Assembly: GCA_964408425.1 (NCBI GenBank)
Contig: CAYOZI010000001.1
Span: 8,861 to 72,860, forward strand
Length of the DNA stretch: 64,000 bases
DNA from: Candidatus Micrarchaeota archaeon
GTDB lineage: Archaea; Micrarchaeota; Micrarchaeia; Norongarragalinales; Norongarragalinaceae
Direction of reading: 5' to 3'
Within the stretch, counting starts at the first letter, position 1; every line of letters begins with the position of its first letter. The position numbers were made by a program, and so were the translations under genes. The notes under the pieces are model-generated. The model was not told the origin of the DNA. It made no database searches and saw only the letters and a program-made list of their open reading frames with translations. Shown one piece after another: positions 18,939 through 27,385 of the stretch.

Positions 18939-19279
18939 TTCTATTGCCAGGCGCGAAAAGCCATTCCCAACTCACGGCCAAAGTCCACGCCAGGCCCCAC
19001 GGCGGCATGAGCAGGGTAGTAGTGGCGTTGTGCGATTCGGAATTGCTTGGAAAAATATACACCCAGGGCGAGAGGGTTTTGGACCTGAAGAACTACAGGG
19101 GTTTTTACGAAGGTGCTGCGGTTACGGAAATCGAAGCCATAGAACTTTTGAGGATGGCGGACAACGCGAACATAGTGGGCGAAAAAAGCGTGGCAATAGC
19201 GAAAAAAGCGTTCGGCGTTTCCTCAACCGAAACGAAAACGATAAAGAAAATCCCGCACTTGCAATACTACAAAATCTAA
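18935..19279 (+). CDS. DUF424 family protein
   Basis: VVALCDSELLGK, FYEG, ANIVGEKSV and IPHLQ motifs. Confidence 0.85.
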   Translation: MILLPGAKSHSQLTAKVHARPHGGMSRVVVALCDSELLGKIYTQGERVLDLKNYRGFYEGAAVTEIEAIELLRMADNANIVGEKSVAIAKKAFGVSSTETKTIKKIPHLQYYKI

Positions 19280-19638
19280 GAAGATAAGACTGCAATAATT
19301 TTTTGTTTCTATAACAAAAACGCCAGTAGGCCCTATTACAACATGATCCAACTGACGCCCAGAAGGCAACTTAAAATCAGCTGCTAGATAAAATTCGTCG
19401 TTCAAATTTTTTAGACTATTATCAACTTCCACTTCTCCAGCCACATCAGATAATGAGTTCCTTTAGAAAAAAATCCAGCACTAATAATGAACGAAAGAAC
19501 GGAAAACCACACCAAAAAACTAGCATAAGAACTAATCCAGTATAAAATCAGAGAAGAAAAAAAGAGAACAAAACTATATTTAAAATAATGGCCAGAGGTA
19601 TCGGATAAGTAGGAACTACGTGGCTTGATTAGTTTCAC
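19223..19638 (-). pseudogene. Frameshifted, truncated membrane-anchored NERD nuclease-related domain gene
   Basis: Two TM helices in one frame, then AGE.EV...QLDHVVIGPTGVFVIETKNY in another (shift near 19440); homology ends after ETKNY; AT-rich. Confidence 0.7.
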
Positions 19639-19684
19639 AACACATGAAAAACGAACTACATAAAAAACATTTTGAAAAAGAGAG

Positions 19685-19798
19685 TGCGGCGACCGGGAAT
19701 CGAACCCGGGCTACCAGCTTTCTGCTCTTTCTTTGGTCAAGCTTTCTTTCGCAAAGAAAGGTTGGAAGGCTGGAATCATACCATTAGACCATCGCCGC
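19685..19798 (-). tRNA. tRNA-Gly (TCC) with ~43-nt intron at 37/38 (about 19720..19762)
   Basis: Acceptor GCGGCGA/TCGCCGC; CCAGC-CTTCCA[intron]A-GCTGG; T-loop TTCGATT. Confidence 0.92.
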
Positions 19799-19825
19799 GC
19801 GAATAATACTGGAGCATAATTAAAT

Positions 19826-19948
19826 TTAAAGCAAATGCGCAGGTTTGAAGTCCTCGATTTGGCCCAGCGCTATGTCTTTAAGTGAAGCTCGAATTTGCTT
19901 CATCAAATTCGTGTCTTCCAAAACATCACGCGTTTCTTTGTCAAACAA
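19826..19948 (-). CDS. 40-aa peptide resembling the toxin-binding C-terminal helix of RelB/YefM-type antitoxins (not in ORF track)
   Basis: TTG start with GAGGAGG upstream; MFDKETRDVLEDTNLMKQIRASLKDIALGQIEDFKPAHLL. Confidence 0.5.
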   Translation of the reverse strand: MFDKETRDVLEDTNLMKQIRASLKDIALGQIEDFKPAHLL

Positions 19949-19977
19949 TTAGGCATCTCCTCCTCAAAAAAAGGTAG

Positions 19978-20081
19978 TGGGGTCGCTGAGATTCGGACTC
20001 AGGTCTCCAGCCCCCCAGGCTGGAAGGATGCGTCGCCGAACAAATACGAACGTATTTGCTCTCAGGCTACCCCACGACCCC
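19978..20081 (-). tRNA. tRNA-Pro (GGG) with ~31-nt non-canonical D-loop intron (about 20032..20062)
   Basis: Acceptor GGGGTCG/CGACCCC; anticodon arm CCAGC-CTGGGGG-GCTGG; removing the hairpin insert gives D-arm GGGTAGCCTGGCATCC, identical to tRNA-Pro(TGG) at 46551. Confidence 0.9.
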
Positions 20082-20083
20082 AG

Positions 20084-21178
20084 TTACAATTTATGGTTGG
20101 TTATGCTTAAAAACGCTTTAAGATTTTCAGGATCATCGCTTATCCAGGCTGGAATAGCATCGGTTGAATTTCTCGAAGGAAAACCGTTCGCTTTAAGCCA
20201 CCGTCCAACAGCCACGCAGGAAACAAAACATTGGTAACTCTTTAGACTCTTTTTCCTGGCGTAAGGAACGGGCAAATTGAATTTTAGCAACACTATTCGC
20301 GCAAAATCCAGGATCAATTCTGTCGAGGAGGAAATGATGTAAAACTGCTTCAGGTTTTTGGATAAGCCGCCATATCTAAGCAGATAAGCGAAAAGCTTTG
20401 CTAGATCGACATCAAGTGAGTTGGGAAGGACAGCCCTTCGCTTGTCGTACAGGAACTCGAGGGCGTTTTTGTCAATCCAAAACGCGTTATCCCAAGCCTG
20501 AACCTTCCGCTCAGCCACCAAAGCGGCTTTTTCCAAAACAAGGTTTTTTCTATTATCAAGCCCAAACCGTATTTCTTTTTGAAACAATGAATTCGAACGA
20601 GTACGTACACCGAATATCATAGATTTGGTCCGATGCCCGTCTTTCCTGAGGTTGGCGTTTTGAATAATGACGTTGGAAGTTTTAATCCCAAAATTCAACA
20701 GCATTTCCTTCAGATCGTTTATGAACGAAATCCCATCATCCAGAAGCAGTTCGTCCTTGTTTAGGTGGAAAGAAACAAGGTATGAATTGAAAGAAGTGGA
20801 TTTGCTAATCCAACCCTCGCACTGAAACGCAATTGAAAGGTAAGCCTTGGAAAAAACGCGGTTTGTTTTTATCCACGCTGGAACCCTAAAAGGCACGAGC
20901 ATCTTGTCGCCTTTCGGAACTCCGGCTTCAAAAAGAAGCTTAGCTACTTTTGAACTATAAAACCTGCACTTATAGCTAAAACCAAAACCAGTTCCCTGTT
21001 CATAGTGGGGTTTCAAACCGAATTTGCTTACAACGATTTTTTCAAAGTCTTTAAGAAAAACAAAGTTTGACGAAGACAGGTAAAAACGACTCAAATTCTT
21101 TCCAAGATGGCCGTCGAACGTCAGGTAACTAACGAGTTTAGCCAAATCCTCGTCTAAAACTAGAGTGTCGGCTGTCAT
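20084..21178 (-). CDS. Free-standing LAGLIDADG (DOD-type) endonuclease-like protein
   Basis: LAKLVSYLTFDGHL and YLSIAFQCEGWI motifs, plus a third degenerate LAKLFAYLLRYGGL; no intein splice motifs seen. Confidence 0.8.
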   Translation of the reverse strand: MTADTLVLDEDLAKLVSYLTFDGHLGKNLSRFYLSSSNFVFLKDFEKIVVSKFGLKPHYEQGTGFGFSYKCRFYSSKVAKLLFEAGVPKGDKMLVPFRVPAWIKTNRVFSKAYLSIAFQCEGWISKSTSFNSYLVSFHLNKDELLLDDGISFINDLKEMLLNFGIKTSNVIIQNANLRKDGHRTKSMIFGVRTRSNSLFQKEIRFGLDNRKNLVLEKAALVAERKVQAWDNAFWIDKNALEFLYDKRRAVLPNSLDVDLAKLFAYLLRYGGLSKNLKQFYIISSSTELILDFARIVLLKFNLPVPYARKKSLKSYQCFVSCVAVGRWLKANGFPSRNSTDAIPAWISDDPENLKAFLSITNHKL

Positions 21179-21277
21179 GCGTTCTACCTGCGGGTTAATG
21201 CAAACACTCGCAAGTAAACAGAATTTAAAAACTTGGGCAGACACCACCTTGCCGGTGGCGCTATTTCTGCCGGTGGC

Positions 21278-21475
21278 TTAAAATCTTTGGTAGGGGATGA
21301 TTTCCTCGACCAAATCAACTTGTCCGAGAAACATTCTCCTGCAGCAGTATCTGTTAAAACCGAGTTCGTCCAAAACCTTTCCAGCATCCTCTCCCGAAGT
21401 GGTGCGCTGCTTGAACTCCTCCCAATTCTCGGCAATGGGCTTTCCGCACGTGAAACAACGGACTGGAACCAACAT
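21278..21475 (-). CDS. rpoN: RNA polymerase subunit N (Rpo10)
   Basis: PVRCFTCGK and RYCCRRM. Confidence 0.97.
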   Translation of the reverse strand: MLVPVRCFTCGKPIAENWEEFKQRTTSGEDAGKVLDELGFNRYCCRRMFLGQVDLVEEIIPYQRF

Positions 21476-21490
21476 TTTTCCTTCACCCTC

Positions 21491-21934
21491 TTAACGATAA
21501 GATTTCGTAAACCTTGCCCTTGCTTTGGGCCCCTTGAATTTTTTAGGTTCAACCCTTCGGGCGTCCTCGACGTACAAGCTCCTGTCGAACTCGAGAAACT
21601 GCTTCTTCAGCTCTTCGCCATCCTTCCTGAACTCGATCAAAGCGCGGGCGATTGCCGTTCTGGCCGCTTGCGCCTGGCCCATTATTCCACCGCCGTTGGT
21701 GGTTATGGAAATGTCGAAATCGTAAGGCTCCTGCAAGAACGATAACGGCTCTGCGATTATTTGCCGTGCAAAAGGGTTGGCGTAAGAATTCAACGAAAGC
21801 CCGTTAATGCGTATAATGCCTTTTCCGGCCTTGATGTAAGCCCGAGCTATTGCCTCTTTCCGCTTTCCGCGGGTTACTATCTGCTTTTTCTTTCGCGTTT
21901 TCTTCTTCTTTTCAACTTTAACTTCATCAGCCAT
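21491..21934 (-). CDS. rps9: 30S ribosomal protein S9 (uS9)
   Basis: GKRKEAIARA, GGGIMGQAQA, EPKKFKGPKARARFTKSYR. Confidence 0.97.
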   Translation of the reverse strand: MADEVKVEKKKKTRKKKQIVTRGKRKEAIARAYIKAGKGIIRINGLSLNSYANPFARQIIAEPLSFLQEPYDFDISITTNGGGIMGQAQAARTAIARALIEFRKDGEELKKQFLEFDRSLYVEDARRVEPKKFKGPKARARFTKSYR

Positions 21935-21946
21935 TTTTTATCACTT

Positions 21947-22378
21947 TCAACCGTTTTTCCATCCCAAGCGAGAGCAAACCTCGCCCAGAGAAACGAACGC
22001 TATTTTCAAATCATCCGAAGTCTTGTAGAATTTTTGCGCCTTGCCCTCGAATTCCTTCGGCATTCCCAAAAATGCCTTGAATAATTCCCTCGCCTTTTTC
22101 CCGCTCGCTTTCTTCTTTGGAAGCATTCCCCTCAAAACGTACTTCAAAAACATATCCGGACGAACGGGATATTTAGGCGAGTGTTCGGGATTGCTCTTGT
22201 TCTGGATGTTGCGCTTGTCGCGATAACGCGATACGATGAAGTCGGAATTGCCGGAAAAAACTATTTTTTCCGCGTTTACGACTACTACCTGCTCGCCCTC
22301 CTGAAGCTTTTTTGAGGCGAAGGCCAAGACTCTCCCGAAAATCGCCTTGTCCCCGTTAATTACAAACATTTCAACCAC
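21947..22378 (-). CDS. rpl13: 50S ribosomal protein L13 (uL13)
   Basis: VVVNAEK and RGMLP motifs; conserved gene order. Confidence 0.95.
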   Translation of the reverse strand: MVEMFVINGDKAIFGRVLAFASKKLQEGEQVVVVNAEKIVFSGNSDFIVSRYRDKRNIQNKSNPEHSPKYPVRPDMFLKYVLRGMLPKKKASGKKARELFKAFLGMPKEFEGKAQKFYKTSDDLKIAFVSLGEVCSRLGWKNG

Positions 22379-22379
22379 A

Positions 22380-22748
22380 TTATCCGAAAATCCTTATTTT
22401 CTTTCCTTCGGGGTTCTTTTCAGCCAATGCCCTCAAAGAGATGAGGCTCGAACCCAATTTTGCTTTCGCACTAGCGCTCGCCTTGAACGCTGCAACCGTG
22501 ATCTTTTTCTTCAATTCTCCCTGCCCCAGCAAAACGCCCGGAACTACGATTACGTCCCCGTCTTTCGCGAATTTCTCGAGCTTGAATAAATTGACAACCT
22601 TCCCCTTTTTCCTTCTAGCGGGCTTCAGCATAAACTCCGCAATAACCCGCCATGCGCCCGACTTGTTTTTCCGTGCGGTCTTCTCCAGAAAGCCCAGGAG
22701 CTTTATCGTTTCCAGGCTTTCCGGACCTCTGAACTTCGATTTCTTCAT
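22380..22748 (-). CDS. rpl18e: 50S ribosomal protein L18e (eL18)
   Basis: VNLFKL, VVPGVLLGQG and VAAFKAS; position upstream of L13. Confidence 0.93.
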   Translation of the reverse strand: MKKSKFRGPESLETIKLLGFLEKTARKNKSGAWRVIAEFMLKPARRKKGKVVNLFKLEKFAKDGDVIVVPGVLLGQGELKKKITVAAFKASASAKAKLGSSLISLRALAEKNPEGKKIRIFG

Positions 22749-22777
22749 TTTTCTTCAACACCAATTAAGCGAAAACG

Positions 22778-22862
22778 TGCAGGGGCTGGGATTTGAACCC
22801 AGGCACTCCTAAGAGACTGACACCTCAAGCCAGCGCATTTGACCAGGCTCTGCCACCCCTGC
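22778..22862 (-). tRNA. tRNA-Leu (GAG), no intron
   Basis: Acceptor GCAGGGG/CCCCTGC; anticodon arm CTGGC-TTGAGGT-GTCAG; long variable arm. Confidence 0.95.
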
Positions 22863-22872
22863 TTGCGCGCAA

Positions 22873-23133
22873 TTAAACTCGGCTTGGCAGGGAATTAACC
22901 TTTTGCACGACCTCCGAATCACTCAAACCTTCAATCAAAATTTCCTTTTTCCTTGACTTGAATCCTTTCGTTATCTTCACTTTTTTTCCCAAAAACTTCG
23001 AGAGCGACTTTTCCAATTCCCCGTTCGCCCTGCCTCCCTCGGCAGGGGCGCGGACGCGTATTTTCAGAATCCCGTTTTCAAACGCAACCCCGAAATTCTT
23101 CGCGTTGGGAACCGCCCTCACATGCATTTTCAC
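22873..23133 (-). CDS. DUF167/UPF0235 family protein
   Basis: VPNAK, APAEGGRAN and GFKSRKKEI motifs. Confidence 0.88.
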   Translation of the reverse strand: MKMHVRAVPNAKNFGVAFENGILKIRVRAPAEGGRANGELEKSLSKFLGKKVKITKGFKSRKKEILIEGLSDSEVVQKVNSLPSRV

Positions 23134-23832
23134 TCACTTGAATTCCTTGTCCAAAGCCTTTGCTTTCCCTTCCAAAACTTTCAACGCCCTTTCGTACTGC
23201 TCTTTTGCGGAAAGGTTGTTGAACGACTCTACTATAAACAGAAAATCCTTGCTTTGCTCGCCTTGCTTTTCGCAGTTTCCGCACAAGTACGAGTTTTCAT
23301 GAAGGTCTTTCTTTCCCTCCAACGGTGCGAAAGGCTTCATGGGGGAAGAGCATTTCTTGCATTTCGAAGAAGCTTTGAATTCGGAAGAATGGCCGTACGA
23401 AGCGACGGCGCTCTGGAAGCGCGCGTGGATTTTTGCAGTGCCTTTTTCCGCAAACGCTTCCAAACGCAGTTTTTGGCCCTTGTTCAAAACGGCAATCTGA
23501 ATGTTTTCCGAGAAAACGCGTATTTTTTCATCGGCTGAAACGAGATCCCGGCTGTAAACAGTCTTCGGCTCTTCCACCGCCTCGGCGTTCAGCGAAAACG
23601 ATATCTTTGCATCATCAGCAATCCCGCTCTCCCACGTCAACGGTATAAGCCCCATCCGGTTTGAAAGATATTCGTTGAAAAACGCCGAGTTGTTCTCGTA
23701 AAAATCAATGCTCGAGATAGCCATGCACGGGATTTCTGAAATCACAGCCCTCCTTATGGCGTTCAGCAGCGCGGGCGATTCCTTTTCGGAACGCAACACG
23801 AGAGTCTTTTCGTCTTCGCTTACAATTTTCAT
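23134..23832 (-). CDS. rpoD: RNA polymerase subunit D (Rpo3)
   Basis: NAIRRAVISEIP, NEYLSNRMGLIPL and GTAKIHARF. Confidence 0.95.
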   Translation of the reverse strand: MKIVSEDEKTLVLRSEKESPALLNAIRRAVISEIPCMAISSIDFYENNSAFFNEYLSNRMGLIPLTWESGIADDAKISFSLNAEAVEEPKTVYSRDLVSADEKIRVFSENIQIAVLNKGQKLRLEAFAEKGTAKIHARFQSAVASYGHSSEFKASSKCKKCSSPMKPFAPLEGKKDLHENSYLCGNCEKQGEQSKDFLFIVESFNNLSAKEQYERALKVLEGKAKALDKEFK

Positions 23833-23876
23833 CAACACATGCACCCGAACGATTGTATTTCAATTTTTTGAAAAAC

Positions 23877-24401
23877 TTAAACTCTCCTACCCCTCTTTCC
23901 GCCGGGCCTCTTGGTTGTGTCGGTAGGCAAGGGGGTAACGTCTTCGATTTTACCAATGCGTAACCCGCTTCGAGCTAACGCACGAATTGCAGCCTGCGCG
24001 CCCGAACCCGGGGTTTTAGAATGATGTCCGCCCGGAGCGCGCACCCTGACGTGCACTCCGATTATGCCCCGTTCCTTCGCCTTTTCCGAAGCGCGGAAAG
24101 CCGCTTGCATAGCAGCGTAAGGCCCTCCCTCTTCCCTGTCGCTTTTGACCATCATTCCGCCGCTTCCGACGGAAATGGTTTCCGCTCCGCTCAAATCCGT
24201 AATCGTAATGATCGTGTCGTTCTTGGACGAGAAAATATGGGCGACACCCCATTTTCCTTCCAGGTTGAATATCCTGCGGTCGTCCCTCCTGAATCCGGAC
24301 GGGGCGTGGGCTGAAACGGGGGCTGAAACCGGCGCTTGGGCCACGGGCTTGGCAGTAGACTCAACCGGCTTTTCGTTTTCAACAATTTCTTCAGTAACCA
24401 T
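23877..24401 (-). CDS. rps11: 30S ribosomal protein S11 (uS11)
   Basis: [21 protein letters not shown] and IEDVTPLP. Confidence 0.97.
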   Translation of the reverse strand: MVTEEIVENEKPVESTAKPVAQAPVSAPVSAHAPSGFRRDDRRIFNLEGKWGVAHIFSSKNDTIITITDLSGAETISVGSGGMMVKSDREEGGPYAAMQAAFRASEKAKERGIIGVHVRVRAPGGHHSKTPGSGAQAAIRALARSGLRIGKIEDVTPLPTDTTKRPGGKRGRRV

Positions 24402-24410
24402 TTTCAATCA

Positions 24411-24965
24411 TCAACCCGACGCGGCAACCGGCTCCGTTTTTTCGGTAATGACAACTGCCGGCTTTTCATCCATTTTTTCGAACGAACCCAACGGCTTTCC
24501 CGACCAGTTGACGTTCGCCTCTTCAGCAAAAGAAACCAGGTAAGAAGGAGAAGAAACGTGCATTCCGTTGATGCTCACGTGCCCGTGCGTAATGAACTGC
24601 CTAGCCTGATGCATTGTTTTTGCCAGGCGTTTTTTCACGACAATGCTTTGCAAACGCCTTTGCAACACGTCCTTCACGCTCAAAGAAAGCAAGTCGTCGA
24701 GAGTCAAATCCTCTTTCTGGACGAAAAACTTTTTCGACCTCGCCAGAAGCTGGGTTGAACGGATTTCGGCGTTAGCGCCCTTTCCGCTTAGCAAGCGTCT
24801 AGCCTCGCGCCTTATTCGCCTCAAAATCGTCTGCATTATCCACAATTCTCGGGAGTTCTTGAGTCCGAACTCGGTCTTCAAAGCCCCTTCCTCTTCTATC
24901 CTCTTCTTGTCCCAGAGCTTTTTCGGACGCTCGTACTTCTTTGATTTCCTAACAGGATCTCCCAC
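24411..24965 (-). CDS. rps4: 30S ribosomal protein S4 (uS4)
   Basis: GLKNSRELW, RRLQSIV and ARQFITHGH. Confidence 0.97.
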   Translation of the reverse strand: MGDPVRKSKKYERPKKLWDKKRIEEEGALKTEFGLKNSRELWIMQTILRRIRREARRLLSGKGANAEIRSTQLLARSKKFFVQKEDLTLDDLLSLSVKDVLQRRLQSIVVKKRLAKTMHQARQFITHGHVSINGMHVSSPSYLVSFAEEANVNWSGKPLGSFEKMDEKPAVVITEKTEPVAASG

Positions 24966-24988
24966 TCAAAAACACCGTTATGCAATCA

Positions 24989-25651
24989 TTACTTCTTTTC
25001 CTTCTCGCCGCCCGATTTTTCCTGCGCTCCGGTTGCGGCTGCGGCCTTCGCTGCCTTTACTGCCTTCTTCAGCACTCCGACGGTCATTCCGGTCCTTCCG
25101 GTGGTGCGCGTGTGCTGTCCCCTGGTTTTCTGGCCTATCGAATGCCTCCAACCCCTGTACGAACGTGAATCCCTCTCGCGAGTAATATCTTGCCTTTTCG
25201 CGAAAGCCAATTCCGCCATGAGCAAGTGCTTCGCTTCTCCCGAATCGATATCCTGCTGCCGGTTTAGCATGAAATTCTTGACCCCGAATTTTTGCGGGAA
25301 TTTCACTATCCCCTCCAATTCCGTAGTCTGCTCTTCGCTCAAATTCCCTATCAACTCGCTCAAGCTGACGTTCAGTTTGGTTGTAACCGGAATAGCCAGG
25401 TTTGAAGCCAAATTATGCCCTATTCCCTTGACTTTCCTCAAAGCTTCAGCAACGGTAAAATGCCCGTCCACATCCTGGCCTACGATACGGAGTATTCCGC
25501 GAAACTCCTTGTTTTCCAAATGCTTTCTCTTGGCGAATTTCTGGGATTGCGTGGTGGAACCGACAGGCTGGGACTGTGGTTTTGCAGGCTCCTGGTTTTT
25601 CGCCTGCTTGCCGCTAAAGCCGCCAGAACCTTTCTTCGTTTCATCAGCCAA
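24989..25651 (-). CDS. rps13: 30S ribosomal protein S13 (uS13) with N-terminal low-complexity extension
   Basis: KGIG and SYRGWRHSIGQKTRGQHTRTTGR; start codon uncertain (TTG after AAGGTG). Confidence 0.95.
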   Translation of the reverse strand: MADETKKGSGGFSGKQAKNQEPAKPQSQPVGSTTQSQKFAKRKHLENKEFRGILRIVGQDVDGHFTVAEALRKVKGIGHNLASNLAIPVTTKLNVSLSELIGNLSEEQTTELEGIVKFPQKFGVKNFMLNRQQDIDSGEAKHLLMAELAFAKRQDITRERDSRSYRGWRHSIGQKTRGQHTRTTGRTGMTVGVLKKAVKAAKAAAATGAQEKSGGEKEKK

Positions 25652-25698
25652 TTTTCCGCACCTTAAACCCAAAAACAGCTTTTATCGAAAAATAAAAG

Positions 25699-25878
25699 CG
25701 CCGGGACTGAGATTTCCGTTTTCCTTCCTTACCAAAATTTTTTTGGAAAGAAAAGCTTTTCGAACTCAGGAGGCCTTTCGGCCACACGCTTTGAAGGAAA
25801 GTTGCCGGTGCGCTCCGAACGGAGCAACCAGAAACAGTTTCTTTCCAGGCGTGCGCATTACCGCTCTGCCATCCCGGC
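25699..25878 (-). tRNA. tRNA-Ser (GGA) with two introns: ~52 nt at 37/38 (25791..25842) and ~46 nt in the T-loop (about 25713..25758)
   Basis: Acceptor GCCGGGA/TCCCGGC; CACGC-CTGGAA[..]A-GCGTG; variable arm GGCCGAAAGGCC; CTGAG-TTCGAA[..]T-CTCAG. Confidence 0.9.
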
Positions 25879-26012
25879 GCGAAAAACAATTTGCTTTTTC
25901 GCGGTTAAAAACACTTCGGGAAAAAAGCCGAGCGAAGCTCCAAAGAGCTTTAATCTCAACTCTACAATAATGCAAAAACGCGTTTAAAAAGCATTCCGTT
26001 GGCTTGCAAACG

Positions 26013-26426
26013 CTAACCACGATGCTCTTCTGACGCCGTAATCCCTTTTTCTTCCAAAAACGCCTTCAAGCCCTTCAAAAACCCGAGGTGGCTGGAGATA
26101 GCGCCCCTAACGGCTTCATCGCTTTTGAAACCGGCGTAGTGAGAAAGATTGTGCCAAACCCTCACTTGGATTTCCCTAGAGTCGGGATTGAAACCGAAAG
26201 CAACCCTCTGTTCGCTCGTGTAAAGCAGCGGGTTGTGCAGGTACTCCAGATCTTCAACGCGTTGCAGTGAATTCAAAAAAGCCTTAGCCTGCGACGGAGC
26301 TACATTATGCTTGGAATTTGCCAGAACCCAGTCGAAAAGCCCCGGAACCTGGTCGAAATGCTTTTCATGAAATGAAAAGACCACGGTCTTTTTGAACAAT
26401 TCCGAACCCTGAACGCGTTCAGCCAT
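26013..26426 (-). CDS. Hypothetical protein
   Basis: ORF overlapping the cbf5 stop, co-oriented; no recognised motif. Confidence 0.6.
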   Translation of the reverse strand: MAERVQGSELFKKTVVFSFHEKHFDQVPGLFDWVLANSKHNVAPSQAKAFLNSLQRVEDLEYLHNPLLYTSEQRVAFGFNPDSREIQVRVWHNLSHYAGFKSDEAVRGAISSHLGFLKGLKAFLEEKGITASEEHRG

Positions 26427-27351
26427 GCACAACCCTCTCCACGTCGAAAGCCAAGCCGCCTTTCCCGGATTGCGCCCTCGAAACGATTTCCTTCGAATCT
26501 ATCAACGCTTTGGCAAAACAGATTATTTCCCCCATGCCGTTTAAAACCTGCACGCTCTCGTTTTTTTCAATAGATTCATCCAGCGAAACTATTCCCGGAA
26601 TAGCCAGATTCGCTCCGGTGGTGATGGGTTTTATCGCCCCGTCATCCACGACAACCTTTTTCAGCTTCCCTTCCAACGCTTCCTCGAGAGTCAGCACCAT
26701 TTTTTGCAGTTCTTTGTCTTCCCCTTTTTCCGTCCACAGCCAAAACGCGTCGCTCAAATCCTGAAGAGAATGGGCTTCTTTTTCAGTGAAACCGGCGGCG
26801 TAAACCCTCCTCAATTCCGCCATTTCCCCGCCGCACCCTAAAACTTCTCCAACATCGAAACAGATTTTTCTCACGTAAAACCCGCCTTCCACGTCGCACT
26901 CGAACAAAACGTATTTCCCCTCCGCTTCTAAAACCGCCAGTTCAAAAACCTCGCGAACGCGCATTTTCTTGACTACAGCGCTCTCGAGAGGCGGCTTCTG
27001 GAAGATTTTTCCCTTGAAATGCGAAAACGCATCTTCGATTTCTTTTTTGCTTTTGTTTTCCCCCAGACGCAGCACGCAAACGTACTTTTTCCTCGAGCCA
27101 AGCAAATACTTAGCCGCTTTCGTGCTTTCCTCCAGCAGAACGGGCAAAACGCCGGAAACGTTCGCGTCCAAAGTTCCCGAATGCCCGGCTTTCGACTGCC
27201 CCAAGATTTTTTTCACGAAAGCCGCAGCCTCGTGGCTTGAAGGCCCCGAAGGCTTGTCGAGAATGAAAACCCCCTTCCTTATTTTTTCTTCAAGCGAACG
27301 CTCGGAAGGAGGCTCCCCTACCTTGCACTCGATTTCTTGCAGGCGAATCAT
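26419..27351 (-). CDS. cbf5: Pseudouridine synthase Cbf5/TruB with PUA domain
   Basis: DKPSGPSSHE, GHSGTLD, QKPPLESAV and ELRR motifs. Confidence 0.95.
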   Translation of the reverse strand: MIRLQEIECKVGEPPSERSLEEKIRKGVFILDKPSGPSSHEAAAFVKKILGQSKAGHSGTLDANVSGVLPVLLEESTKAAKYLLGSRKKYVCVLRLGENKSKKEIEDAFSHFKGKIFQKPPLESAVVKKMRVREVFELAVLEAEGKYVLFECDVEGGFYVRKICFDVGEVLGCGGEMAELRRVYAAGFTEKEAHSLQDLSDAFWLWTEKGEDKELQKMVLTLEEALEGKLKKVVVDDGAIKPITTGANLAIPGIVSLDESIEKNESVQVLNGMGEIICFAKALIDSKEIVSRAQSGKGGLAFDVERVVHG

Positions 27352-27385
27352 GATTTAAAATAGAGTGGAACGATAGATTAAGCAT

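Noticed and set aside
20084..21247. LAGLIDADG as part of an intein or rRNA/tRNA intron
   Set aside because: No host extein or intein terminal motifs; flanking rpoN and tRNA-Pro are complete, and the ORF lies outside the tRNA.
25644..26020. Short ORFs 25644..25889, 25766..26020 and 25802..25987
   Set aside because: They overlap the double-intron tRNA-Ser and have no protein motifs.
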